From Chitinophaga pinensis (lineage in GTDB: Bacteria; Bacteroidota; Bacteroidia; NS11-12g; UBA955), in assembly GCA_945871905.1 (NCBI GenBank), contig CAMBXL010000002.1:134936-198935 (forward strand): 64,000 bases of DNA, read 5' to 3'. Below, in pieces: positions 49,598-60,595 of this stretch. The number at the start of each line of letters is the position of its first letter. Position 1 is the first letter of the stretch. The notes beneath the pieces are model-generated. The model saw only the letters and a list, made by a program, of their open reading frames with translations. It did no database searches and was not told the DNA's origin. The translations under genes were made by a program, and so were the position numbers.

Positions 49598-51499
49598 ATG
49601 AGTAAAATAATTGGAATTGACTTAGGAACCACAAACAGTTGTGTTTCCGTAATGGAAGGAAACGAACCTGTTGTGATAGCCAACAGTGAAGGAAAACGCA
49701 CCACCCCTTCTGTCGTAGGATTTATGAAAGACGGTGAGCGTAAAATTGGTGACCCTGCAAAACGTCAGGCAATTACCAATCCACGTAACACGATTTTCTC
49801 TATCAAACGTTTTATGGGTAACAACTTCGACCAAGTTGTGACAGAAACAGGTAGAGTTCCTTACGAGGTTGTAAAAGGTGACAACAACACACCACGTGTG
49901 AAAATAGATGACAGACTTTACACTCCTCAAGAAATCAGTGCTATGATTTTGCAAAAAATGAAAAAAACTGCAGAAGACTACTTAGGTACTGAAGTAAAAG
50001 AGGCTGTTATTACAGTTCCTGCCTATTTCAATGATGCGCAACGTCAGGCAACCAAAGAAGCTGGTGAAATTGCAGGTTTAACAGTTAGACGTATTATCAA
50101 CGAACCAACTGCTGCGGCATTGGCATACGGATTAGATAAGAAAAATGCTGAAATGAAAATTGTGGTTTTCGACTGCGGTGGAGGAACACATGACGTATCA
50201 GTATTGGAATTAGGTGATGGCGTATTTGAAGTAAAAGCAACAGATGGCGACACTCACTTAGGTGGTGATGATTTTGACCAAAAAATTATTGACTGGTTAG
50301 TTCAAGAGTTTAAAGATGAAAATGGTGGCTTAGACATAAGCAAAGACCCTATGGCATTACAACGTTTGAAAGAATCAGCTGAAAAAGCAAAAATTGAATT
50401 GTCAAGCACCACTTCAACTGAAATTAACTTACCATACATTATGCCGGTAGATGGTATTCCAAAACACTTGGTAAGATCATTGTCTAAAGCAAAATTTGAA
50501 CAATTGGTTGATGATTTAGTACAAAGAACGATTGCTCCATGTAAATCAGCCCTTAAAAATGCTGGATTAACAGTTAATGACATTCAAGAAGTGATATTAG
50601 TAGGTGGTAGCACTCGTATTCCTGCGGTTCAAGCTGCAGTAGAGAAATTCTTTGGCAAAACACCTTCAAAAGGAGTAAATCCAGATGAGGTTGTTGCTTT
50701 AGGTGCAGCTATTCAAGGTGGTGTATTAACAGGAGAAGTAAAAGATGTATTGTTATTAGATGTTACACCATTGAGTTTGGGTATTGAAACCTACGGTGGC
50801 GTAATGACCAAATTAATTGAGTCAAACACTACTATTCCAACCAAAAAGAGTGAAACATTCAGTACTGCAAGTGACAATCAACCAAGTGTACAAATGCACG
50901 TATTACAAGGTGAGCGTCCTATGGCAAAAGACAACAGAACCATTGGTATGTTTAATTTGGATGGTATTCCATCAGCACCAAGAGGTGTTCCTCAAATTGA
51001 AGTGACATTCGACATAGATGCTAACGGTATCTTAAATGTAAGTGCTAAAGACAAAGGAACTGGCAAAGAACAAAAAATCAGAATTGAAAGTTCATCTGGG
51101 TTGAGCAAAGAAGAAATAGAGAAAATGAAAAAAGAAGCAGAGGCAAATGCTGAAGCTGACCAAAAAGCAAAAGAAGAAGTTGAAAAACTAAACGCTGCTG
51201 ATACATTAATCTTTACTTCAGAAAAAAACATCAAAGATTATGGCGACAAACTTCCTGCTGACAAAAAACAAGCAATAGAAGATGCTTTAGCACAATTGAA
51301 AACCGCTTATAAGAGCAGAGATGTGGCTTCATGCGACAGTGCTTCAGAAGCTCTTAACAAAGCTTGGGAAGCTGCAAGCCAAGATTTGTATTCTGCACAG
51401 CAAGAAGGTCAACAAGGAACACCTCAAAACGAAACACCAAACAACGACAACTCGCAATCAAACGATGTTGAAGATGTAAGTTTCGAAGAAGTTAAATAA
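49598..51499 (+). CDS. dnaK: molecular chaperone DnaK (Hsp70)
   Basis: [31 protein letters not shown] motifs and C-terminal lid; full-length 633 aa. Confidence 0.97.
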   Translation: MSKIIGIDLGTTNSCVSVMEGNEPVVIANSEGKRTTPSVVGFMKDGERKIGDPAKRQAITNPRNTIFSIKRFMGNNFDQVVTETGRVPYEVVKGDNNTPRVKIDDRLYTPQEISAMILQKMKKTAEDYLGTEVKEAVITVPAYFNDAQRQATKEAGEIAGLTVRRIINEPTAAALAYGLDKKNAEMKIVVFDCGGGTHDVSVLELGDGVFEVKATDGDTHLGGDDFDQKIIDWLVQEFKDENGGLDISKDPMALQRLKESAEKAKIELSSTTSTEINLPYIMPVDGIPKHLVRSLSKAKFEQLVDDLVQRTIAPCKSALKNAGLTVNDIQEVILVGGSTRIPAVQAAVEKFFGKTPSKGVNPDEVVALGAAIQGGVLTGEVKDVLLLDVTPLSLGIETYGGVMTKLIESNTTIPTKKSETFSTASDNQPSVQMHVLQGERPMAKDNRTIGMFNLDGIPSAPRGVPQIEVTFDIDANGILNVSAKDKGTGKEQKIRIESSSGLSKEEIEKMKKEAEANAEADQKAKEEVEKLNAADTLIFTSEKNIKDYGDKLPADKKQAIEDALAQLKTAYKSRDVASCDSASEALNKAWEAASQDLYSAQQEGQQGTPQNETPNNDNSQSNDVEDVSFEEVK

Positions 51500-51526
51500 C
51501 CTTTTAAGATTATATACACAAAAAAA

Positions 51527-51556
51527 GCCCTGAAAATTATTTCAGGGCTTTTTTTG
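51527..51556 (+). terminator. rho-independent terminator of dnaK
   Basis: GCCCTGAAA-atta-TTTCAGGGC hairpin followed by T7 run, 28 nt after the dnaK stop. Confidence 0.8.
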
Positions 51557-51615
51557 TGTCGTTTTTTTCTCGACTTCGAAATGAGTGTTTTTTACCTTGC
51601 TATTCTTTAAATAAG

Positions 51616-52272
51616 CTACCCCGGAATTCTAGCGATGTTTTTTTCCATCAACTTGATTTGCTCAACCACTTCTTTGCCTTTAGGGTTTAGCGCTTTGGCT
51701 TTTCTGAAATACTCTTTACCTGCTTTGTTTTGGTATCGTTGGATTTCCAATGAACACAATTGCAAATAAACACTTGCCAATCCTTCTTTGTCTGGTATGC
51801 CTGCTTTTACTGCTTGTACTAAGGTTAATCTTGCCTCTTTGGTTTTGCCTTGGCGCAATTGAATGAATCCTAATTGCATTAAATTAGTGCCTTTCATATC
51901 GCCAGTTAAGCTCGACTTAGTACTTAAACTTTTTCTGATATTGTCTTCAGCACTTTGCAAATCATTACCTGCCATGTTTAAAGTACTTTGCAACATATAA
52001 TAGGCAGAACGAATTGGTTTTATGAGTAATTTAGGGTACTTAATTTTTTTGATATACATCAAAGCATCGTCCACATTTCCCTCTTCAACTGCATCTTTTA
52101 CCAAACGCATAGTACCGATAGTAAAATGTAAGGCTAAAGACAATAATGCTAAAAAGTAAAGAATCCAAGCCAAAATAGGGTCGCCCCAAATATGTGAAAC
52201 TACGCCTAATACAATAATCAAGGCAACAACTTGTAAACGGTATAGTATATAGAAATTTAGAATTTTCTTCAT
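51616..52272 (-). CDS. TPR-repeat protein with N-terminal transmembrane anchor
   Basis: Two N-terminal hydrophobic helices followed by TPR-like repeats. Confidence 0.55.
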   Translation of the reverse strand: MKKILNFYILYRLQVVALIIVLGVVSHIWGDPILAWILYFLALLSLALHFTIGTMRLVKDAVEEGNVDDALMYIKKIKYPKLLIKPIRSAYYMLQSTLNMAGNDLQSAEDNIRKSLSTKSSLTGDMKGTNLMQLGFIQLRQGKTKEARLTLVQAVKAGIPDKEGLASVYLQLCSLEIQRYQNKAGKEYFRKAKALNPKGKEVVEQIKLMEKNIARIPG

Positions 52273-52398
52273 GGTTAATTATGTGGCGCGAATTTCATAA
52301 AAAAATAGCATTTTATTATGTTTTAATTCTATTAATTTTTTTTACCCAATGAAGGTTTATCCTATTTACATGAATATGCCTTAACTTTGCACCTTCTT

Positions 52399-53433
52399 AT
52401 GTTTGAAAATAAAGGGCGAACAGAACTGAATCAATTAGGTGAATTTGGTTTAATAAAACATTTAACAAAAGACATTAAAATCCACCACCATTCCACTGTA
52501 AAAGGGGTTGGTGACGATGCTGCTGTTATTGACTTGGGAGATGCCTATCAACTGATTTCTACAGATATGTTGGTAGAGGGTTCTCATTTTGACTTAATGT
52601 ACACACCACTGAAACATTTGGGGTACAAAGCAGTGGTTGCCAATGTCAGTGATATTACTGCTATGAACGGTAAAGCAACCCACATTGTGGTAAGTATTGC
52701 CATGAGTAGTAAGTTTTCATTGGAAGCCATTGAAGAATTATACATTGGACTAATGGCAGCTTGCGAGGCTTATCAAATTGATTTGGTGGGTGGCGACACC
52801 ACTTCTATATCCAAAGGATTAGTCGTTAATATTACTGTGTTTGGACAAGTTTCCAAATCGAAAATTGCCTACAGAAATGGGGTAAAAGAAGGAGACTTGT
52901 TGGTTGTTTCAGGCGATTTGGGTGCAGCCTATTTGGGGTTACACATACTTGAACGTGAAAAAAGAATTTATCTTGAAAAGCCCGATTTTCAGCCAGATTT
53001 AGAAGGCAACGATTACATCATTCAACGTCAATTAAAGCCTGAAGCGCGCATCGATATTGTTGCCCTTTTGGAACAACTCGATATTCAACCTACTGCAATG
53101 ATTGATATTAGCGATGGCTTGGCTTCTGAAATGCACCATTTGTCTGATGCCAGTCAAGTTGGTTTTACGCTGTACGAAGACAAACTTCCGATAGACCCTA
53201 TCGCCTACCAAAGAGCTATTGATTTTGGTTTAGACCCAACGGTAGCGATGTTGAACGGTGGCGAGGATTATGAATTACTCTTTACCATTTCGCAAACCGA
53301 TTACGAAAAAATAAAAGGCACTATGGAAATCAGTATTATTGGTCATGCTGTGGCAATGCAAGAAGGCATTCACATGATTAGTAAATCTAACATTAAGCAC
53401 AAACTAAGCGCCCAAGGTTGGAAAAGCTTTTAA
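52399..53433 (+). CDS. thiL: thiamine-monophosphate kinase
   Basis: GVGDDAAVIDLGDAYQLISTDMLVEGSHF AIR-synthase-related N-domain typical of ThiL. Track start 52387 is TTG; ATG 52399 is preferred with TAACTTTG -7 element at 52382-52389. Confidence 0.85.
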   Translation: MFENKGRTELNQLGEFGLIKHLTKDIKIHHHSTVKGVGDDAAVIDLGDAYQLISTDMLVEGSHFDLMYTPLKHLGYKAVVANVSDITAMNGKATHIVVSIAMSSKFSLEAIEELYIGLMAACEAYQIDLVGGDTTSISKGLVVNITVFGQVSKSKIAYRNGVKEGDLLVVSGDLGAAYLGLHILEREKRIYLEKPDFQPDLEGNDYIIQRQLKPEARIDIVALLEQLDIQPTAMIDISDGLASEMHHLSDASQVGFTLYEDKLPIDPIAYQRAIDFGLDPTVAMLNGGEDYELLFTISQTDYEKIKGTMEISIIGHAVAMQEGIHMISKSNIKHKLSAQGWKSF

Positions 53434-53493
53434 GCCAAAATAAGCATTAGAATTCTATTACCTTCATAACTAATCCTAATTCCTAATCTAGGT

Positions 53494-53895
53494 TTAAGCA
53501 AGTAAGCCCAATTTTTCTAATATTAACAAAGGTTCTATGGGACGGTTGTTATGAATACAAGCGGCAAATATTTGAGCTTTTATCACCTCAGATTGGTCAG
53601 ATTTTTTGCGTATAGTTTGATGAAAAATAATTCTAAGGCGACCTTCTCTACTTACATAAGTTTCAACGGTAAATTCATCGCCACTTCTCAATGATTTTTT
53701 ATAATCTACTTCGCTCCTTACCACTACGGCATCATATCCTTGCAGGTGTAATTCGTTAAAATCGAGTCCTTTTGACTTCAAAAATTCGTGTCTAGCGTGT
53801 TCTAAATAATTCAAATAAACCGCATTATTCACAATGCCTTGCAAGTCGAGTTCGTAATCGCGAACACTAAAATCTAAGTTAAATAAATTATCCAT
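53494..53895 (-). CDS. acyl-CoA thioesterase, YbgC/4HBT hotdog family
   Basis: FSVRDYELDLQGIVNNAVYLNYLEHARHEFL matches the 4-hydroxybenzoyl-CoA thioesterase-type active-site region. Confidence 0.75.
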   Translation of the reverse strand: MDNLFNLDFSVRDYELDLQGIVNNAVYLNYLEHARHEFLKSKGLDFNELHLQGYDAVVVRSEVDYKKSLRSGDEFTVETYVSREGRLRIIFHQTIRKKSDQSEVIKAQIFAACIHNNRPIEPLLILEKLGLLA

Positions 53896-54448
53896 TGTAT
53901 TTAGTCATAGCATTACTTAAACCTTCCAAAACAAAAGATTTAATAGCCAATACCGATTGTGCTGCTTTTTCTACTACCAATGGGAGTTCGGTGTCTTTCC
54001 ATTTCCCTAAAACAAAGTCTACTTGTCTGTGCTTATCAAACTGACTTCCTATACCAAAACGCAATCGAGGATATTGTTGGGTTTGTAGCACTTCTTCAAT
54101 ATTTCTTAACCCATTGTGACCGCCATGACTCCCTTTAGAACGAAGACGAATAGTTCCGACCTCTAAGGCTAAATCATCAGTTACTACCAAAATATTTTCG
54201 AGTGGAATTTTATATTGTTGCATATAATATTGCACTGCTTTACCACTTAAATTCATAAAAGTTGTAGGTTTTATCAGAACCACTTCTTTGTTTTTTAAAC
54301 GGCCTTCACCTACTATGGCTAGTTTTTGTAAACTAAATTCTATTTGTAAATCTTTGGCCAAAATATCCATCACATTGAACCCAATATTGTGTCTAGTATT
54401 GTCATACTGAGGTCCTAAATTCCCTAAACCAACTAATAAATATTTCAC
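53888..54448 (-). CDS. pth: peptidyl-tRNA hydrolase
   Basis: [21 protein letters not shown] motif; GTG start overlapping the lptB stop. Confidence 0.9.
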   Translation of the reverse strand: MKYLLVGLGNLGPQYDNTRHNIGFNVMDILAKDLQIEFSLQKLAIVGEGRLKNKEVVLIKPTTFMNLSGKAVQYYMQQYKIPLENILVVTDDLALEVGTIRLRSKGSHGGHNGLRNIEEVLQTQQYPRLRFGIGSQFDKHRQVDFVLGKWKDTELPLVVEKAAQSVLAIKSFVLEGLSNAMTKYNG

Positions 54449-55203
54449 TTTTCTGAGTTATTTCCTTGTGTTACTTCTGCACGTCTAAGCACAAAATTTT
54501 TGCCCAAATATACTTTTCTTACCATCTCATCCTCTGCCAACTCTTCGGCTGTACCTTGTTTCAATAATTTACCTTCAAACAACAAATAAGCACGGTCCGT
54601 AATACTTAGCGTTTCTTGCACATTGTGGTCGGTAATGAGTATTCCTATATTTCTGTTTTTTAATTTGTAAACTATCCCTTGAATATCTTCAACAGCAATG
54701 GGATCGACACCTGCAAAGGGTTCGTCTAACAAAATGAATTTGGGATCTGTCGCCAGCGCTCTTGCTATTTCTGTTCTTCTTCTTTCGCCACCACTCAACA
54801 CTTTACCATAATTGTTGCGAACTCTGTTTAAACTAAATTCTTCGAGTAAACTTTCCAATTTATCATGTTGTTCTTTTTTACTCAACTTGGTGAGTTCAAG
54901 AACCGCTTTAATATTATCTTCAACCGTCAAATCTCTGTATACAGAAGCTTCTTGAGGCAAATACCCCACGCCTTTTTGAGCACGTTTGTACATTGGCAAA
55001 TGGGTAATTTCCTCATCATCCAAAAATATTTGTCCTGCATCAGGTTTTACTAGCCCTACCGTCATATAAAAAGTAGTGGTTTTACCGGCACCATTTGGAC
55101 CAAGCAATCCTACTATTTCTCCTTGTTTTACATCAATAGAAACATCATTTACAACGCGTTTATGTTTGTATTGCTTAACAAGATTATTTGCTTTTAAAAT
55201 CAT
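54445..55203 (-). CDS. lptB: LPS export ABC transporter ATP-binding protein
   Basis: Single ABC domain ([19 protein letters not shown]) with LptB-typical length (252 aa) and N-terminus [16 protein letters not shown]. Confidence 0.85.
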   Translation of the reverse strand: MILKANNLVKQYKHKRVVNDVSIDVKQGEIVGLLGPNGAGKTTTFYMTVGLVKPDAGQIFLDDEEITHLPMYKRAQKGVGYLPQEASVYRDLTVEDNIKAVLELTKLSKKEQHDKLESLLEEFSLNRVRNNYGKVLSGGERRRTEIARALATDPKFILLDEPFAGVDPIAVEDIQGIVYKLKNRNIGILITDHNVQETLSITDRAYLLFEGKLLKQGTAEELAEDEMVRKVYLGKNFVLRRAEVTQGNNSEK

Positions 55204-55222
55204 TGTTTAATCTGTCTATAAG

Positions 55223-56926
55223 TTATGACAATTCAGAGGCTCTGATGTCCTTAATTTTTAGTTGTAAGTTACGGAATCCCTTGTACTCATTCATTTCTAT
55301 AGAATAGCATGCATCAAATGGATTGCCTTCTTCAATGTAATCGTAAACCTGACTTAAGTTAAACCCTATGCCATCCATTTTTACACCTGATTGGTAAGCG
55401 CCTAATTTCAAATGCTTGTCTTTAACAATTCTACTTCCGGCATCTTTGATATGATTGGTTCTAAACACAGGGGTCATATTGCCGGGACCGTGAGGTTTAA
55501 ATCGGTCTAAAACAGTAAAGAAATTCATATTGATATCTTTAAAATCTAATTCCAAGTCAAATACAATTTCAGGGGTTAACAAGTGCTCAGTGGTATTGTT
55601 GTTTACTATTTCCTCAAAACGCTCCGCAAAGGCCACAAAGGATTCTTTTTTAATGGTTAGTCCTGCTGCATATTTATGTCCGCCGTACTGTATGACCAAA
55701 TCGCCACAAGCACCGATAGCTTCGTGAACATCGAAATCTTTGACACTTCTGGCAGAACCGGTTAACATACCATTCACTTCGCTAAAAATGATGGTTGGTT
55801 TGTAATATGTTTCAATCAACCTAGAAGCGACTATACCTATCACTCCTTTGTGCCAATTTTCACTGTACAAAACAGTCGATTTTTTGGCCCTTAATTCAAC
55901 ACTTTTCTCGAGAATTTCCTGTGCTTCTTTGGTAATATCATTGTCAATATCCTTGCGTTCTGTATTGTTGTCAACTAAGGTTTTGGCATGTAACAGGGCT
56001 TGATGAAAATCTTCTTCAATTAAAAGTTTAACCGATGATTTGGCATCAGCAATTCTTCCTGCCGCATTAATTTTAGGACCAATACCAAACACAATATCCG
56101 ACACTTCGTATTCTTTTTTAATTTGGTAACTTTGGAGTAAGGCTTGTAATCCTATGCAAGGATCTTCGTTTATTTTCTTTAAGCCATGAAAAACAAACAC
56201 TCTGTTTTCATCCTTAATTTCAACAATATCACTACAAGTGCTCACGGCTACTAAATCCAAGTATTTACAAACCTCATCAAACGAATAGTCATTGGCTTGG
56301 GCAAAGGCTTGAATCAGTTTAAATCCGATACCACAACCCGACAATTCCTTGTAAGGATAAGGACAATCGGCACGTTTGGGATTAAGGAGAGCAACTGCTT
56401 TGGGCAATTCATCACCGGGTAAATGGTGGTCACACACGATGAAATCAATGCCTAGGGATTTGGCATAATCAATTAGTTCGATAGAACGGGTTCCACAGTC
56501 GAGCGCAATAATGAGTTTAACACCGGTTTCTGCGGCATAGTCGATTCCAATTTTAGAGACACCGTAACCTTCCTTGTATCTATCGGGAATGTAGTATTCG
56601 ATATTGGCAGTAAACTTACTAAAATAGGAGAAAACGGTGGCAACAGAAGTGGTTCCATCCACATCATAGTCACCGTAAACCATTATTCTTTCTTTAGAAG
56701 CCAGTGCTAAATTAATACGCTCGATTGCCAAATCCATTTCCTTCATTAGAAAAGGGTCGTACAGGTCGGTTAATTGAGGATTAAAGAATTTTTTGGCTTC
56801 GTCGTAAGTTTCAATTCCTCGTTGAATAAGCAGCGTAGCAATAGGTTTTGAAACATTGATGGCTTGGGATAGCAATTCAATTTTTTTATCATTCAATTTT
56901 GGGAAAGCTGTCCAACGATATGCCAT
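55223..56926 (-). CDS. recJ: single-stranded-DNA-specific exonuclease RecJ
   Basis: DHH motifs (VYGDYDVDGTTS; CDHH) and DHHA1 domain. Track start 56983 is GTG; ATG 56926 (MAYRWTAFPK) is preferred. Confidence 0.85.
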   Translation of the reverse strand: MAYRWTAFPKLNDKKIELLSQAINVSKPIATLLIQRGIETYDEAKKFFNPQLTDLYDPFLMKEMDLAIERINLALASKERIMVYGDYDVDGTTSVATVFSYFSKFTANIEYYIPDRYKEGYGVSKIGIDYAAETGVKLIIALDCGTRSIELIDYAKSLGIDFIVCDHHLPGDELPKAVALLNPKRADCPYPYKELSGCGIGFKLIQAFAQANDYSFDEVCKYLDLVAVSTCSDIVEIKDENRVFVFHGLKKINEDPCIGLQALLQSYQIKKEYEVSDIVFGIGPKINAAGRIADAKSSVKLLIEEDFHQALLHAKTLVDNNTERKDIDNDITKEAQEILEKSVELRAKKSTVLYSENWHKGVIGIVASRLIETYYKPTIIFSEVNGMLTGSARSVKDFDVHEAIGACGDLVIQYGGHKYAAGLTIKKESFVAFAERFEEIVNNNTTEHLLTPEIVFDLELDFKDINMNFFTVLDRFKPHGPGNMTPVFRTNHIKDAGSRIVKDKHLKLGAYQSGVKMDGIGFNLSQVYDYIEEGNPFDACYSIEMNEYKGFRNLQLKIKDIRASELS

Positions 56927-57133
56927 AATATTGTGCGAATTTAATATATTTTTAACAATTCTATTGCATTTATTGTAAGCCACAGAAAGAGAAAGGGTTA
57001 AGAGATTTTTGAGTTATCAACCCATTTAGGTTAAGCCTTTTTTGAATAACGACGACAAGTTTAAATTTTTTATAATTTTTTCTTAAATCCAAATCGTTAA
57101 AATCGTATATTTTAATTATTTCATCAAAATGCT

Positions 57134-57141
57134 TAATTTTG
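57134..57141 (+). promoter_or_regulatory. -7 element TAATTTTG upstream of the mutase-family gene
   Basis: TAnnTTTG match 10 nt upstream of the ATG at 57152. Confidence 0.35.
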
Positions 57142-57151
57142 CTGAACCATT

Positions 57152-59119
57152 ATGGCCTCAACAGAACCAAACTTAGTATCAGCAATTGAACAAGCAATCT
57201 TAAAGCTTGAAAGACAAATTAGTCCTGAAAATCACGACTTAATTAACAACTGGGATACCTTAGCAAACAAATACAAAGACGAAGCTTATATCTTTAAAGT
57301 TAGAGACAAAGAAATTCGCATTCAAACCCATTCTGAAAGTTTAAGTCACACACAAATTCCCAAAGTTGCCATGCCTAAATTTAAGGCTTGGGGCGACCGT
57401 TTGCGTTGGCAATTACAGGAGAATGTTCCGGGCGAATTTCCGTACACTGCTGGTATTTACCCTTTTAAAAGAGAAGGCGAAGACCCAACAAGGATGTTCG
57501 CTGGTGAGGGCGGACCTGAACGTACCAATCGCCGTTTCCACTATGTAAGTTTGGGAATGCCCGCCAAAAGGTTGTCTACCGCTTTTGACAGTGTTACTTT
57601 GTACGGAAATGACCCTCATGTAAGACCTGATATTTATGGTAAAATTGGTAATTCTGGGGTTAGTATTTGCTGCCTTGATGATGCCAAAAAATTATACAGT
57701 GGTTTCGATTTGGCCGACCCTAAAACGTCTGTTTCCATGACTATTAATGGACCTGCACCAATGTTGCTTGGCTTTTTTATGAATGCTGCTATCGACCAAC
57801 AATGTGAAAAATACATCAAACAAAATGGTTTGGAAGAAAGTATCAAACAAAAAATCGCTGATATATACAAAGCAAAAGGTCAGGAAGTGCCAAGCTACCA
57901 AGGACCTTTGCCTGAGGGAAATGATGGATTAGGTTTAATGCTTTTAGGGGTAACAGGCGACCAAGTCCTGCCAAGTGAAACCTACGAAGAAATAAAAAAA
58001 TACACCCTTTCACAAGTTAGAGGAACCGTTCAAGCGGATATTTTGAAAGAAGATCAAGCACAAAATACCTGTATTTTCTCAACAGAATTCGCCTTGAGAT
58101 TAATGGGAGATGTTCAAGACTATTTTATTAAAAACAAGGTTAGAAACTTTTATTCTGTTTCTATCAGTGGTTATCATATTGCCGAAGCCGGTGCCAATCC
58201 AATTACTCAATTGGCATTTACATTGGCCAATGGTTTTACTTACGTAGAATATTACTTAAGTAGAGGCATGGATATTAATGAATTTGGACCCAACTTATCA
58301 TTCTTCTTTAGCAATGGTATCGACCCAGAATATGCAGTTATTGGAAGAGTAGCTCGTAAAATTTGGGCAAAAGCCATGAAAATAAAGTATGGTGCAAACG
58401 AGCGCAGTCAGATGCTTAAATACCACATTCAAACGAGTGGAAGAAGTTTACATGCTCAAGAGATTGACTTTAACGACATTCGTACAACCTTACAAGCTTT
58501 ATATGCCATTTATGACAACTGTAACAGCCTTCACACCAATGCTTATGACGAGGCAATAACGACACCTACCGAGGAATCAGTAAGACGTGCCATGGCCATT
58601 CAGTTAATTATTAACCGTGAATTAGGTCTTTCTAAAAATGAAAACCCTATTCAAGGTTCGTTTATCATTGAGGAGTTGACAGACTTGGTAGAGGAAGCGG
58701 TGATGCAAGAATTTGACAGAATAACTGAGCGTGGTGGTGTTTTGGGTGCTATGGAAACCATGTACCAAAGAAGTAAAATTCAAGACGAAAGTTTGTATTA
58801 CGAAACACTGAAACACACTGGCGAATTTCCAATTATTGGTGTCAATACTTTTTTGAGCAGCAAAGGGTCTCCTACTGTTTTACCAAAAGAGGTTATTAGA
58901 GCTACAGAAGAGGAAAAACAATACCAAATTAACATGTTAAAATTGCTTCAAGAACGTTCTCAAGAACAGTCGCAAAAGGAATTGAGACATTTACAAGAGG
59001 TGGCTATACAGAATGGCAATTTATTTGAGGCTTTAATGACCGCTTGTAAAGTGTGTTCGTTAGGACAAATCACCAATGCTTTGTTTGAAGTAGGTGGTCA
59101 ATACAGAAGAAATATGTAA
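57152..59119 (+). CDS. acyl-CoA mutase family protein (methylmalonyl-CoA-mutase-like substrate-binding TIM barrel only; no cobalamin-binding domain in the ORF)
   Basis: [13 protein letters not shown]...[47 protein letters not shown] and C-terminal GGVLGAME segments align with the MCM alpha barrel. No DxHxxG B12 motif. Contains a ~70-aa insertion after the SVSMT segment. Confidence 0.6.
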   Translation: MASTEPNLVSAIEQAILKLERQISPENHDLINNWDTLANKYKDEAYIFKVRDKEIRIQTHSESLSHTQIPKVAMPKFKAWGDRLRWQLQENVPGEFPYTAGIYPFKREGEDPTRMFAGEGGPERTNRRFHYVSLGMPAKRLSTAFDSVTLYGNDPHVRPDIYGKIGNSGVSICCLDDAKKLYSGFDLADPKTSVSMTINGPAPMLLGFFMNAAIDQQCEKYIKQNGLEESIKQKIADIYKAKGQEVPSYQGPLPEGNDGLGLMLLGVTGDQVLPSETYEEIKKYTLSQVRGTVQADILKEDQAQNTCIFSTEFALRLMGDVQDYFIKNKVRNFYSVSISGYHIAEAGANPITQLAFTLANGFTYVEYYLSRGMDINEFGPNLSFFFSNGIDPEYAVIGRVARKIWAKAMKIKYGANERSQMLKYHIQTSGRSLHAQEIDFNDIRTTLQALYAIYDNCNSLHTNAYDEAITTPTEESVRRAMAIQLIINRELGLSKNENPIQGSFIIEELTDLVEEAVMQEFDRITERGGVLGAMETMYQRSKIQDESLYYETLKHTGEFPIIGVNTFLSSKGSPTVLPKEVIRATEEEKQYQINMLKLLQERSQEQSQKELRHLQEVAIQNGNLFEALMTACKVCSLGQITNALFEVGGQYRRNM

Positions 59120-59139
59120 GGGGGAATAGTTCCTTGCCT

Positions 59140-60306
59140 TTAGATTTTGTCTTTTGCTATATCTATCCAACTGCGAACCTCTCCATTAGTTCGCTTTTGG
59201 TTTTGAAGACCTGTATGAACTAAAGTTTTTGATTTAACTAAATTTTGAGCATGTTTCTCAAAGTATTCAAATCCTTTAAACATATCGCTCATAATTGTTT
59301 CTGAAGCTTTTATTTCAACGAGATTCAATAATTCATCATCCTGCCATATCAAATCGACCTCATGTCCTACAGCATCTTTCCAAAACCAAATATCACGGAG
59401 TAAATTTTGGTGATAATTAAGTTTTACATATTCCGATACAACGAAATTTTCGAATAAAGCCCCCTTGTGTTGACTAATTTTTACACTCTCGGAATCTTTT
59501 ATCTTTAACAAAAAACTTAATAGTCCTGTGTCATAAAAATACAATTTGGATGTTTTGGTAATGCGTTTATTAAAATTAACAAAGTATGGCTGTAACTGAA
59601 AAATAATAAAACTACTTTCTAAAACCGACAACCAAGATTTTGCTGTTGGTTGCGAAATACCACAATCATTTGCAAGGGCACTCAAATTGAGTAGTTGTCC
59701 TGCTCTTCCTGCACACAATCCGATAAAATTCCTAAATAACTTTAAGTCTTTGATATTAATTAATTCAGACAAATCTCTTTCAACATACGTTTGGACATAA
59801 TTAGAATAAAAAACCTTTGAAGGAATATCTCTGTCGTAGATAGCTGGATAAAAACCCTTGTGTAAATTAACACTGTAATCATTTGATAATAAATTGGCTG
59901 ACTTCATTTCTTCCAAATCAAATGGGAACAACTTAAAAATAGCTACTCTACCTGCTAAACTCTGCGTGATATTTTGTAATAACTGAAAATTTTGCGACCC
60001 TGACAAGATATATTGTCCCATGATTTGATCCTCATCCACCTTGGCCTGCAAATAGGAAAACAAAAAAGGAACACGTTGCACTTCATCTAATATTACATAT
60101 TTGTCATATTGTTTCAAAAAGGCATTGGGGTCTTTTTCTGCAAAATTCCTAAAATCCGGATTTTCCATATTGATGTATTGATAATCCGCAAACTCATTCT
60201 TCAAAAACGTAGTTTTACCGGACTGCCTAGGTCCAGTTAATGCTAAAATAGGATACTTATTTTTATAAATTAGCATCTCTTTTTTTATAACCCTATTAAT
60301 ACTCAT
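59140..60306 (-). CDS. AAA-family ATPase with C-terminal DUF4143-like domain
   Basis: Walker A LALTGPRQSGKTTF, Walker B VILDEVQ, typical ~390-aa 'ATP-binding protein' architecture. Confidence 0.8.
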   Translation of the reverse strand: MSINRVIKKEMLIYKNKYPILALTGPRQSGKTTFLKNEFADYQYINMENPDFRNFAEKDPNAFLKQYDKYVILDEVQRVPFLFSYLQAKVDEDQIMGQYILSGSQNFQLLQNITQSLAGRVAIFKLFPFDLEEMKSANLLSNDYSVNLHKGFYPAIYDRDIPSKVFYSNYVQTYVERDLSELINIKDLKLFRNFIGLCAGRAGQLLNLSALANDCGISQPTAKSWLSVLESSFIIFQLQPYFVNFNKRITKTSKLYFYDTGLLSFLLKIKDSESVKISQHKGALFENFVVSEYVKLNYHQNLLRDIWFWKDAVGHEVDLIWQDDELLNLVEIKASETIMSDMFKGFEYFEKHAQNLVKSKTLVHTGLQNQKRTNGEVRSWIDIAKDKI

Positions 60307-60421
60307 GATTAATCAAAATTAATTGCTACAAAAGTAATGTTTTTTCATGTTAATTTTTAAACTTTTTTAAAAAAATAAAAAACCTCATAATAACTTGATT
60401 TTAATACTATTATGAAATTTT

Positions 60422-60553
60422 ACTTTGAATTTACATGGGTACTAACTTTGAAATTACACGGGTATTAACTTTGAAATTACATGATTACTTACTTTGGATT
60501 TACATAGGTACTAACTTTGAAATTACACAGGTGTTAGTTTTGAATTTTAACCC
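60422..60553. repeat. tandem direct repeat, 5 full plus 1 partial copy of a 23-bp unit (consensus ACTTTGAAATTACAYGGGTAYTA)
   Basis: Units at 60422-444, 445-467, 468-490, 491-513, 514-536, partial 537-553; no spacers, so not CRISPR. Confidence 0.85.
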
Positions 60554-60595
60554 ATTCCTATAAGCAATATTTTGAAACAATGATATTAGTATCCG

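Noticed and set aside
52273-52398. TPP riboswitch upstream of thiL
   Set aside because: No CUGAGA / ACCUGAUCUGGAUAAUGCCAGCG-like elements; the region is an AT-rich promoter only.
60422-60553. Possible CRISPR array
   Set aside because: Units abut with no spacers, unit length is 23 bp, and there are no cas genes; it is a simple tandem repeat.
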